From Bugula neritina (Eukaryota > Animalia > Bryozoa), in contig OZ037767.1 in NCBI GenBank assembly GCA_964035545.1, positions 19,918,628-19,982,627 on the forward strand: 64,000 bases of DNA, in the 5' to 3' direction. Made by a program: the position numbers and the translations under genes. The notes beneath the pieces were generated by a model. The model was not told where the DNA came from. It was given only the letters and a program-made list of their open reading frames with translations, and made no database searches. How positions within the stretch are numbered: the stretch's first letter is position 1; the number at the start of each line of letters is the position of its first letter. Positions 36,028 through 55,094 of the stretch are shown in pieces.

Positions 36028-36090
36028 TCAGAAGGTACCAATCAGCATGGATTAATAAGAGAGCTGGGTTTAGCTAAGGCTGATCATCAT
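36028..36090 (-). ncRNA. Box C/D snoRNA, snR69-like, copy 5
   Basis: Same boxes and guide. Confidence 0.88.
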
Positions 36091-36448
36091 TGCAGTAGAA
36101 AACTAATAGAGGTTGAAGTCAATTTGAACAAGAAAAGGTTACATAAAAGCAGCTGTAGATTTTAAAAACACAAGAAAGCATCCTATAAAAAATAATAAAT
36201 GAATGAAACAAAAGCAAAATATATAAAGTTTAACAGCACTGCTTTAAAAAATTTGACAAGACACAAGAAAATACTCAGGAGTTACCTTACCTCATAATAA
36301 TATCGAAATTTTATCAAAATCACACATCAGGAAATAGCAGGTGATATAATAAGGCTGGTGGGTCAACTACAAAACACACAGTAACTCAGTGTACAATTCA
36401 ATAAACAGCTCACTGAGAGGAGAGGAGATAACTATGACAGACTGGGCC

Positions 36449-36509
36449 TCAGTAAGTTTGGTATACAATATCAGCAGTGACTCAGTAGCAGAACTGAAAG
36501 TATCATCAT
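36449..36509 (-). ncRNA. SNORD38: Box C/D snoRNA, SNORD38-like, copy 3
   Basis: As copy 1. Confidence 0.88.
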
Positions 36510-36870
36510 TAACCCAGAAGTCATGGCAGCAGAAACACAGGTGAATGTTTAGCATTTAGGGACTAGATGTCGAGTCATCACTCAGGGTTGGGGATAAATG
36601 TCAGGTGGTCAAACCAGCAAATTATTAAAATGAAAGGTTGACAACGCCTATAAAATACCAAAATACTTATATAATTTACAGACTTACCAAAGAGATTACT
36701 AGCCAACACAATAGGATGCACTGTTAGTGCATGTGCACACTGACCGTCTTGAAGTGGGTAAGGACTAGGTATATCAGGTAGGAGCATCCAACAAATCTGC
36801 AGGTAAGAGCAGCAGGTGATAGAATATGAGAATACAGAGTCAGTCTACCAGCTAATAGTAAAGAATATAC

Positions 36871-36947
36871 TCAGGTGTTCATTGGATATCCTCACTAAAC
36901 TACAGTATGACTGCATTATACTCAGAGTGAGCTAGGTGTATCATCAT
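36871..36947 (-). ncRNA. SNORD29: Box C/D snoRNA, SNORD29-like, copy 3
   Basis: As copy 1. Confidence 0.9.
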
Positions 36948-37128
36948 TCTATATTCTACCGTCTCAATACATGTTTCCGGTACATTATCAATACTCACCA
37001 TGTTCAGTACATTATATTATTATGAGCTCATGGAGATGTGGCCAACATCTACAAGAGAGGAAATACACTGGTAAAAGAAGACAACTACCACAGACTATAT
37101 AATAACAAGTAGTCATGGAGTAACTGCT

Positions 37129-37191
37129 TCAGAAGGTACCAATCAGCATGGATTAATAAGAGAGCTGGGTTTAGCTAAGGCTGATCATCAT
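37129..37191 (-). ncRNA. Box C/D snoRNA, snR69-like, copy 6
   Basis: Same boxes and guide. Confidence 0.88.
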
Positions 37192-37523
37192 TGCAGTAGA
37201 AAGCTAATGAAACAATTTGAACCATAAAAAATCATGCAAGAGGAGATTGTAGCTTTTAAAAACAGAATAAAGTATTTTAATAAATAATTACTGAAAAAAA
37301 ACCCTTTGCTGTTTTATAAGCACTTGCAGTAAAAAAGAAAATATCCTAGAGTTACCTTACCTCATATTAATACCAGTATTTCTACCAAAATCACACATCA
37401 GGAAATAGCAGGTGAGATAATAAGGCTGGTGGGTAACCCAACTACAAAACACACAGTAACTCAGTGTACAATTCAATATACAGCTCACTGAGGGGAGAGA
37501 AGATAACTCTGACAGACTGGGCC

Positions 37524-37584
37524 TCAGTAAGTTTGGTAAAGAATATCAGCAGTGACTCAGTAGCAGAACTGAAAGTATCATCAT
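37524..37584 (-). ncRNA. SNORD38: Box C/D snoRNA, SNORD38-like, copy 4
   Basis: As copy 1. Confidence 0.88.
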
Positions 37585-38209
37585 TAACCCAGAAGTCATG
37601 GCAGCAGAAACACAGGTAAATGTTTAGCATTCAGGGAGTAGATGTCGAGTCATCACTCAGGGTTGGGGTCCATTACATGTGAATGTAATTATTTACAATT
37701 ACATGAAAATTTGTCAATTACAATTGCTATCAAACTGGACAAACAGGAGTGATATAATCTCACCAACTATTGAAGGCAAATTTCACATGAGAGAAACTTC
37801 TTTGTTATTAATTATTAGGGTGATACAAAACTACATTTAAGCAATCAGAGCTTTCTATTCACTGGTAGGAATGGTAGGAAATGTATTAATTTTGAAGCAA
37901 TTGTCATGTAATTATAATAAAGTAATTGTAAAAGTCGATTATATTAGCTATGTAACTAATTACAATTTTATATATCAATTACAATCCCCCAACCTTAGTC
38001 ATTAGACTCAACAAATTGCTAAAAAATTGACAGCAAAATCTAAAAATATTAAACAGTTTATATTCATAAAAACCTACCATAGTATTTGGCATATCACTTC
38101 TAGTGTATTCACCTAGAGATGGTCAATTCCTACAAGAAAAGAAATACACTGGTAAAAGAAGACAAGTACCACAGACTACATAATAACAAGTAGTTGTGAA
38201 GTAACTGCA

Positions 38210-38272
38210 TCAGAAGGTACCAATCAGCATGGATTAATAAGAGAGCTGGGTTTAGCTAAGGCTGATCATCAT
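38210..38272 (-). ncRNA. Box C/D snoRNA, snR69-like, copy 7
   Basis: Same boxes and guide. Confidence 0.88.
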
Positions 38273-38999
38273 TGCAGTAGGACACTAATGAGACATAAAG
38301 TCAACTTGAAGCATAAAAATTCACATAAGAGAAAATCTAGATTTTAAAAACAATGTCAATAAACAAAAAGCCAAAGATCTCTAAACAGAATAGATATTCA
38401 CACAGATCAGCAACCAAATCTTGGCACAGACCCTGTAACAGGACTATATTGCGTCGATTTCATACATCAATAATCACTGCAAATAGTTTTTGAGATAGTG
38501 ATTTAATTGGCCAAGCTGTATTTAAAGACTCCACTTTTTATTATTAGTATTTTCCCATCAACTGAGGATTTCGAATGGGATTTCTGAACAAAATAATGCA
38601 ACAGAGGCAGCAAATTCATTCTAAAACAATTGAATATCAGAGATTTGTTCTAATTGGAAATGTATGCGTGGTAGGTAACTTTAGCAGCAGATTTGCACTA
38701 AATATGGTTTCTAGGCAAATCTGACTTTATCTGACCGGACTATTAGACAACATAAGAAGACAAGCAAATTAAATACATAGTCGAATAATCAATAGCTACC
38801 TGTATGAACAAACGTTAGTAGATTCATCAACAGTACAGGCTTATATATCAGGCATTGTAATAGAGTATGGCAGAGGTGAGTCTTCCACTTATACAGGACT
38901 TCTGGTGGGTAACCCAACTACAAAACACACAGTAACTCAGTATACAATTCAATATACAACTCACTGAGGGGAGAGAAGATAACTCTGACAGACTGGGCC

Positions 39000-39060
39000 T
39001 CAGTAGGTTTGGTATACAATATCAGCAGTGACTCAGTAGCAGAACTGTAAGTATCATCAT
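39000..39060 (-). ncRNA. SNORD38: Box C/D snoRNA, SNORD38-like, copy 5
   Basis: As copy 1. Confidence 0.88.
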
Positions 39061-39416
39061 TAACCCAGAAGTCATGGCAGCAGAAACACAGGTGAATGTT
39101 TAGCATTCAGGGACTAGATGTCAGGTCATCACTGCAGGGTTGGGGTCAAATGCCAGGTCATCAAACCAGCAAATTATTAAAACGAAAGGATGCCTATAGA
39201 ATACCAAAATACTCATATAATTTACAGACTTACCAAAGAGATTACTAGCCAACACAATAGGATGCACTGTTAGTGCATGTGCACACTGACCGTCTTGAAG
39301 TGGGTAAGGACTAGGTAGATCAGGTAGGAGCATCCAACACACCTGCAGGAAAGAGTACCAGGTGATAGAATATGAGAATACAGAGTCAGTCTACCAGCTA
39401 ATAGTAAAGAATATAC

Positions 39417-39493
39417 TCAGGTGTTCATTGGATATCCTCACTAAACTACAGTATGACTGTATTATACTCAGAGTGAGCTAGGTGTATCATCAT
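39417..39493 (-). ncRNA. SNORD29: Box C/D snoRNA, SNORD29-like, copy 4
   Basis: As copy 1. Confidence 0.9.
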
Positions 39494-39673
39494 TTTATAT
39501 TCTACCGTCTCAATACATGTCTCCTATACATTATCAATACTCACCATGTTCAGTACATCATATTATATCAGCTAATGGAGACGCAGCCAATTCCTACAAG
39601 AGAGGAAATACACTGGTATAAGAAGACAAGTACCACAGACTACATAATAACAAGTAGCCATGGAGTAACTGCA

Positions 39674-39736
39674 CCAGAAAGTACCAATCAGCATGGATTA
39701 ATCAGAGAGCTGGGTTTAGCTAAGGCTGATCATCAT
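39674..39736 (-). ncRNA. Box C/D snoRNA, snR69-like, copy 8 (D box CTGG, D' CTGA)
   Basis: Guide intact; box variants. Confidence 0.75.
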
Positions 39737-40053
39737 TGCAGTAGAAAACTAAGAGAAGTTGAAGTAATTGCAAAAGTCGATTACATTAGCTATTTAATAA
39801 TTACAATTTTATATATCAATTACAATCTTCCAACCTTAGTCATTAGACCCAACCAATTGCTAAAAAAAAATTGACAGCGAAACTTTAAAATAATAAATAG
39901 TTTATATTCATAAAAACCTACCATAGTATTTGGCATATCACTTCTAGTGTATTCACTTAGAGATGATCAACTCCTACAAGAGATGAAATACACTGGTAAT
40001 AGAAGACAAGTACCACAGACTATATAATAACAAGTAGTCATGGAGTAACTGCA

Positions 40054-40116
40054 TCAGAAAGTACCAATCAGCATGGATTAATCAGAGAGCTGGGTTTAGC
40101 TAAGGCTGATCATCAT
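40054..40116 (-). ncRNA. Box C/D snoRNA, snR69-like, copy 9 (canonical D' CTGA)
   Basis: Guide intact; both D and D' are canonical. Confidence 0.88.
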
Positions 40117-40429
40117 TGCAGTAGAAAACTAAGAGAAGTTGAAGTAATTGCAAAAGTCGATTACATTAGCTATTTAATAATTACAATTTTATATATCAAT
40201 TACAATCTTCCAACCTTAGTCATTAGACCCAACCAATTGCTAAAAAAAAATTGACAGCGAAACTTTAAAATAATAGTTTATATTCATAAAAACCTACCAT
40301 AGTATTTGGCATATCACTTCTAGTGTATTCACTTAGAGATGATCAACTCCTACAAGAGATGAAATACACTGGTAATAGAAGACAACTACCACAGACTATA
40401 TATTAACAAGTAATCATGGAGTAACTGCA

Positions 40430-40492
40430 TCAGAAGGTACCAATCAGCATGGATTAATAAGAGAGCTGGGTTTAGCTGAGGCTGATCATCAT
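40430..40492 (-). ncRNA. Box C/D snoRNA, snR69-like, copy 10
   Basis: Same boxes and guide. Confidence 0.88.
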
Positions 40493-40817
40493 TGCAGTAG
40501 AAAAATAATGAGACAATTTGAACCATAAAAATTCATGCAAGAGGAGATGTAGATTTTAAAAACAGAATAAAGTTTTTTATTAAATAGTTAATTAAAAAAA
40601 CCTTTGCAGTTTTATAAGCACTTGCAGTATAAAAGAAAATATCCCAGAGTTACCTTACCTCACATTAATACCAGTATTTCTACCAAAATCACACATCAGG
40701 AAATAGCAGGTGAGATAATAAGGCTGGTGGGTCAACTACAAAACACACAGTAACTCAGTGTACAATTCAATATACAACTCACTGGGGGGAGAGAAGATAA
40801 CTCTGACAGACTGGGCC

Positions 40818-40878
40818 TCAGTAAGTTTGGTATACAATATCAGCAGTGACTCAGTAGCAGAACTGAAAGTATCATCAT
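40818..40878 (-). ncRNA. SNORD38: Box C/D snoRNA, SNORD38-like, copy 6
   Basis: As copy 1. Confidence 0.88.
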
Positions 40879-41503
40879 TAACCCAGAAGTCATGGCAGCA
40901 GAAACACAGGTGAATGTTTAGCATTCAGGGACTAGATGTCGAGTCATCACTCAGGGTTGGGGTCCATTACATGTTCATGTAATTATTTACAATTACATGA
41001 AAATTTGTCAATTACAATTGCTATCAAACTGGACAAACAGGAGTGATATAATCTCACCAACTATTGAAGGCAAATTTCACATGAGAGAAACTTCTTTGTT
41101 ATTAATTAATAGGGTGATACAATACTACATTCAAGCAATAGGAGCTTTCTATTAACCAGTAGGAATGGTAGGAAATGTATTAATTTTGAAGCAATTGTCA
41201 TGTAATTATAATAAAGTAATTGTAAAAGTCAATTACATTAGCTATGTAACTAATAACAATTTTATATATCAATTACAATCCCCCAACCTTAGTCATTAGA
41301 CCCAACCAATTGCTAGAAAATTGACAGCAAAACCTAAAAATATTAAATAGTTTATATTCATAAAAACCTACCATAGTATTTGGCATATCACTTCTAGTGT
41401 ATTCGCTTAGAGATGATCAACTCCTACAAGAGAAGAAATATATTGATAACAGAAGACAACTACCACAGACTACATCATAATAAGTAGTCATGGAGTAACT
41501 GCT

Positions 41504-41566
41504 TCAGAAGGTACCAATCAGCATGGATTAATAAGAGAGCTGGGTTTAGCTAAGGCTGATCATCAT
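41504..41566 (-). ncRNA. Box C/D snoRNA, snR69-like, copy 11
   Basis: Same boxes and guide. Confidence 0.88.
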
Positions 41567-42294
41567 TGCAGTAGAAAACTAATGAGACATGAAGTCAACT
41601 TGAAGCATAAAAATTCACATAAGAGAAAATCTAGATTTTAAAAACAATGTCAATAAACAAAAAGCCAAAGATCTCTCAACGGAACAGATATTCACACAGA
41701 TCAGCAACCAAATCTTAGCAAAGACCCTTCAAAAGGACTACATTGCAACGATTTCATACATCAATAATCACCGCAAATAGTTTTTGAGATAGTGATCTAA
41801 TTGGCCAAGCCGTATTTAAAGACTCCACTTTTCATCATTAGTATTTCCCCATCAATTGAGAATGTCAAATAGAATTTCTGAACAAAATAATGCAGCAGAG
41901 GCAGCAAATTCATTCTATAACAATTGAATACCAGAGATTTGTTCTAATTGGAAATGTATGCGTGGCAGGTAACTTTAGCAGCAGATTTGCACTAAATATG
42001 GTTTCTAGGCAAATCTGACTCTATCTGACCGGACTATTAGACAACATAAGAAGACAAGCAAATTAAATACATAGTCAAATAATCAATAGCTACCTTGTAT
42101 GAACAAATGTTAGTAGATCCATCAACAGTACAGGCTTATATATCAGGCATTGTAATAGAGTATGGCAGAGGTGAGTCTTCCACTTATACAGGACTTCTGG
42201 TGGGTAACCCAACTACAAAACACACAGTAACTCAGTATACAATTCAATACACAACTCACTGGGGGGAGAGAAGATAACTCTGACAGACTGGGTC

Positions 42295-42355
42295 TCAGTA
42301 GGTTTGGTATACAATATCAGCAGTGACTCAGTAGCAGAACTGAAAGTATCATCAT
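42295..42355 (-). ncRNA. SNORD38: Box C/D snoRNA, SNORD38-like, copy 7
   Basis: As copy 1. Confidence 0.88.
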
Positions 42356-42715
42356 TAACCCAGAAGTCATGGCAGCAGAAACACAGGTGAATGGTTACAT
42401 TTAGGGAGTAGATGTCAGGTCATCACTCAGGGTTGGGGTCAAATGTCAGGTCATCAAACCAGCAAATTATTAAAATGAAAGGATGACAACGCCTATAGAA
42501 TACCAAAATACTCATATAATTTACAGACTTACCAAAGAGATTACTAGCCAACACAATAGGATGCACTGTTAGTGCATGTGCACACTGACCGTCTTGAAGT
42601 TGTTAAGGACTAGGTAGATCAGGTAGGAGCATCCAACACACCTGCAGGAAAGAGTACCAGGTGATAGAATATGAGAATACAGAGTCAGTCTACCAGCTAA
42701 TAGTATAGAATATAC

Positions 42716-42792
42716 TCAGGTGTTCATTGGATATCCTCATTAAATTACAGTATGACTGTATTATACTCAGAGTGAGCTAGGTGTATCATCAT
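42716..42792 (-). ncRNA. SNORD29: Box C/D snoRNA, SNORD29-like, copy 5
   Basis: As copy 1; C' is ATGAGGA. Confidence 0.9.
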
Positions 42793-42973
42793 TCTATATT
42801 CTACTGTCTCAATACATGTCTCCTATACATTATCAATACTCACCATGTTCAGTACATTATATTATTATGAGCTCATGGAGATGTAGTCAACATCTACAAG
42901 AGAGGAAATACACTGATAAGAGAGGACAACTACCACAGACTATATAATAACAAGTAATTGTGGAGTAACTGCA

Positions 42974-43036
42974 CCAGAAAGTACCAATCAGCATGGATTA
43001 ATAAGAGAGCTGGGTTTAGCTAAGGCTGATCATCAT
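42974..43036 (-). ncRNA. Box C/D snoRNA, snR69-like, copy 12 (D box CTGG)
   Basis: Guide intact; D box mutated. Confidence 0.72.
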
Positions 43037-43362
43037 TGCAGTAGAAAACTAATGAAACAATTTGAACCATAAAAATTCATGCAAGAGGAGATTGTAGATT
43101 TTAAAAACAGAATAAAGTTTTTTAATAAATAATTAATTAAAAAAACCTTTGCAGTTTTATAAGCACTTGCAGTATAAAAGAAAATATCCTAGAGTTACCT
43201 TACCTCACATTAATACCAGTATTTCTACCAAAATCACACATCAGGAAATAGCATGAGATAATAAGGCTGGTGGGTCAACTACAAAACACACAGTAACTCA
43301 GTGTACAATTCAATACACAACTCACTGGGGGGGGGGAGAAGATAACTCTGACAGACTGGGCC

Positions 43363-43423
43363 TCAGTAGGTTTGGTATACAATATCAGCAGTGACTCAGT
43401 AGCAGAACTGAAAGTATCATCAT
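43363..43423 (-). ncRNA. SNORD38: Box C/D snoRNA, SNORD38-like, copy 8
   Basis: As copy 1. Confidence 0.88.
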
Positions 43424-43638
43424 TAACCCAGAAGTCATGGCAGCAGAAATAATGATAGTTTATACAAACTCACCATAGAAGTGGGTTGAATCCCCAGTTA
43501 TATTTATATAGAGTCAGTTCTGAAGCCGGTGACAAACTTATGGAGACGCAGCCAATTCCTACAAGAGAGGAAATACACCGATAAGAGAGGACAACTACCA
43601 CAGACTACATAATAACAAGTAGCTATGGAGTAACTGCA

Positions 43639-43701
43639 TCAGAAGGTACCAATCAGCATGGATTAATAAGAGAGCTGGGTTTAGCTAAGGCTGATCATCA
43701 T
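43639..43701 (-). ncRNA. Box C/D snoRNA, snR69-like, copy 13 (first intron of the host gene)
   Basis: Same boxes and guide. Confidence 0.88.
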
Positions 43702-44083
43702 TGCAAGCTACATGTACATTCTACTAAGCAACAGAAGACTTTAGCTTACCAGACACTTGCCAAGAACATGAACCAGATATGAGATACTAGCAAGTAATAT
43801 CTCGCAGAGACATCGGGTAAGAAAGATTTGATGCGCAGATGGGTTCGCCACAGAGTTTCAGGCTGAAATACAAATCAAGGAACTGCAATAAATTCGGTTA
43901 GGTGTACGGAAACTGAACATGGATAATGTATAATGAAACTGAACTCACCTCACAGTAGAAATCATAAGCAAAGCAGACAAACAGAATATTACAAGATTGG
44001 ATTACGTTTGCCTATCAACTTTATTGATAAACTATCATAAGATGGTAAAAAGACAATTTTCAAAACAAAACAGCAACTCAGAT

Positions 44084-46246
44084 CTATGCATCTCCTGCTG
44101 CCAACTTCTTCAGGAAAGACTCCTTCTTCTGTTTGACACGGTCTTTGCGTTGAGCAAGGTTCATCTTGGCTCTGTTCCACCTGAAAAACCAACCAGAAAC
44201 ATACTTGATTCGTTCCCATCAAGAGGAAAACCAATTCTGACATTCCCGAAGTTGCTACAGGTTACAGCACTGCCAGGTATTACAAACTGTCAGTTAACAA
44301 TTTGAGAAAACAAAAAATTAAATCTCCTTACCTCTTGACCTTGACATCCTTCTTCTCGGTAGTTTTGGCTGCTGGATCAGCTCTGATGGCAGCGTGAACC
44401 TTCTTGTACAACTCCTCGAGGTTGTCTGCGCTCACACCCAGCTTGATGTACTTACCAAACTGCTTCTGGTAAGCTTCAGAGTCTTCATCCTGCAAAAAGA
44501 TACTCACATTGCATTCCTTTCATCACTGCATCTGCAAGGAGTGACAATGGATAGACTAGTCTAACAGATATACCTGGAGATGGGTCATGTAGGCAGCAAC
44601 ATGTCCTCCCATGATGTGCTTTCGGTGAGTCTCGGCATCAAACTGTCCACTTTCAGCATCGTAGCCGGGAAATCTCTTCACACTGACAACACACAGAGAC
44701 GCGTACAGCCACAAGCTTGATTTGAAATGACACCAGAAAGTGGGAGTTGTTAGATTAAAGTACAGGCGAGGCAGGTCGTAGATCAGCTCACCCATGTGGA
44801 ATGTCTAGCCCTCCATCGGCAGCACCTTTCATGGCTCCGAACACTCTGGCACCAGTAGTTGTGCGGACCAGACCAACATCAAGGAAAGCTCTGAATGGAC
44901 CAGGCTGGTCATCTAGAGCCTCTACGTTGTATTCATCACCATCAACCTCTTCCTGACCTGCATACAGGCCGTCTAATTTATACTTCTGGAGCAGACGTCT
45001 TGTGAGCAAGAGTCCAGTGCAGTATGCAGCAGCATAGTTTGTCAACCCGACCTTCAAGCCATATCGAGGGAGCTCGTGGGCATATGCAGCGCACACGATC
45101 ACGTCTCCTTCAATTCTGGCGTAAGCTACCTGCAAGTACAACACATGCATTAGTACAGAGGTAGAGGTAGATATATGTAGGCTCACTCGGTATAGCAAGT
45201 AGAAGATCTAAATGCTAATGGAATGGAGCCCAGTGGTTTTGCACCCATTTCCATGCGAGAAGAGTCAACAAATACTTTCCCGCTTGAACAGCAAAGTGCA
45301 ACAATAAAATCAGAAAGATATTAGCATCGTTTTATTGTCGACAAAACTTTTTTGAATAGAAAACTAAATCCAAATGCTTACTTGGCAGATGATGTCTTTG
45401 TTTGTGAAACGGACAATCAATCTAAATTTAGGGGTGTTGTACTTGTTTTTTTCTTGAACCACTAGGCGACGACGAGCATAGTAATCGGTTTTTCCTTCTC
45501 GTCTCCTTCTGAACTTGACTTGAAATCGTTTAAAATACGCCTTATTCTTTACAACTTTCACAAACCCCGTCTACAACATATACATTACTGCAGGTTTAGA
45601 GGTTGAGGTATTACAGTCTGCTAAAAAGCTAAGAGAAAACTAAACAGAACTTGATAAAATATACACCAGGTGCTTGAGTAGCAATTTTAGAATAAGTCAA
45701 TAACAAATTGAATAAGGTATCAATTGTTTTACAAAGGTATCTTTAATTTCAAGTCTGGAAATGCTGGAATATATTCAATAAAGTTGAATATTAAATCGAA
45801 ATATTCAACTAACTAAATGCCTAATAATAGTAATACTTTTAATAATAGCAATTACTTAGCAATGGCCACAGACAACAGTGATTTTGATGGTCATACTCAG
45901 TACTCATGAGTCATAGTACCACTGCCACACTGGTCGATAATATTGATCTTAGCTACCACTAAATACTAATACTACTAATACTATACATCGTGATTGAAAT
46001 GATAACGACCAGTACGGTATGACCAGCAATCACAACCAATTCTAACAGCCAAAATGCTAGCAATTTCAGTGCCGAGAACACGTTTATCGTTCACACTTTG
46101 ATTGAGATTTAAACGCAATTTTAATCCTGCCTCATCCATTGCAAATGTTTAATAGCTGCAAAGTTTAAACTTTTTATGGCAACCTAAATAAGTTAGGCAA
46201 CCTTATCCAAAACTTAATTTACTGCTACATGCAAACTACTTACCAT
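44084..46246 (-). CDS. RPL5: 60S ribosomal protein L5 (uL18); exons 46246-46244, 45570-45382, 45129-44792, 44682-44574, 44489-44332, 44180-44084
   Basis: [38 protein letters not shown]...[15 protein letters not shown]...DGGLDIPHG; canonical splice sites; pyrimidine start motif CCTTTTCC at 46314-46307; AATAAA at ~44020. Confidence 0.98.
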
Positions 46247-47392
46247 TTTTTCTATTAGAGTACAATATCTCTTAGGGTAGCGTCGGCTTGGGGCTGACAA
46301 TTAGCCGGAAAAGGTAGATCTTCTTGATGCGCGTGCGCACTGTAATGCGCTGCGTGTATTTTCTCGATCTTTTTGAGGTAGACAAATCCCACCTTCTCAA
46401 TTGATGGTTCTATTGTAATGGTTCAATGTCGATATGTAATTTCCTAAATGTGATAAACTGGTAGTATTTCTGACAAAATAACAAATATACTACTTATGAA
46501 AGTAACTTATTACTGAAGTATCGATTATTGAATAATTTACAGAGATTTTTTTTCAGCTACCTATTTAAACAGTTTTGTTAGTTCAAATCACCCCATGGCA
46601 ACGTGATATTTATTTTAATTACTTATCTCATGCCAAACACATAATAATAACATATTAGTTGTTAAAAACTGAAACCATAAAAAAATCAAAATTGATATAA
46701 AGTGATAATATAATGCAATTTGTGCACATGACTATGCAAAATAAGGTTAGTACCTATATAGAGTAAGCTCGTATTTGTCCACTTTAAACGCTGATATCAA
46801 AAAGGTCTCCCAATGATTATTTGCTTCCAGCTGTGACATGTGTGTGCTAATTGTGTATAATATCTCAACATATTTTCAAAACTATTTATATATTAAAAAA
46901 TTATTCTTTTCATGATATTAAATTTATTAGACTGGAGTTCATGTTTTCATACTTTGGATTGAATGTTTGAAAGTTGCATGCCTGCAAAATATTATAATAC
47001 ATACCATGGATAAGTTGTGTTTTCAGTTGCATTTTGTCACATAGCATTATATACATATAATACCATTGCAAAATTCTATAACCCATGATCACAAGGCATA
47101 ATATAAGGGTATGTTGATAGTTTATTAGTTTACACTTCACAGTTTATAAATTAGTATGAGGCTAATCGGCTATATATCTCGTGGTATGTATTACTATTAT
47201 TACAATCTGATGTATAAAATAGCTGCTATTTACATGTAATTTACAAAATAATACACGGTGACTAAATATTTTAGATGTTGATTTCGTATGACATATAATA
47301 GTGTCATTATGGCAATTACAGCTCAATGCAATGAGGTAGTACCGAGAAACAAAAATATGGTTTCTCTGAAAAAACAGTAGACAACTCCAATA

Positions 47393-55094
<7,702 letters not shown>

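Larger units (their letters stand above)
32950..43827 (-). ncRNA. Non-coding multi-exon snoRNA host gene (UHG/GAS5-like), internally amplified
   Basis: TCTTTCTT start motif at ~43826; short exons with GT-AG sites and no credible ORF; snoRNAs ~75-85 nt upstream of 3' splice sites; AATAAA at ~32965-32970. Confidence 0.85.

Noticed and set aside
34129-40924. Repeated 62-73 aa ORFs (MLNIHLCFCC..., MLLPDLPSP...)
   Set aside because: Start at non-ATG codons and run across snoRNAs and splice sites; by-products of the array.
42400-42457. Additional C/D snoRNA (TTGATGA...CTGA GTGATGA...CTGA; related copies near 34320, 36555, 39105)
   Set aside because: No D'-C' spacer and boxes are not conserved between copies. 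The middle is a MITE terminus (CAGGGTTGGGG) flanked by a 14-bp direct repeat, more like an excision footprint.
32950-43800. CRISPR-like repeat-spacer array
   Set aside because: Eukaryotic context with no cas genes. The repeats carry C/D boxes and rRNA guides, and the intervening sequences are themselves homologous.
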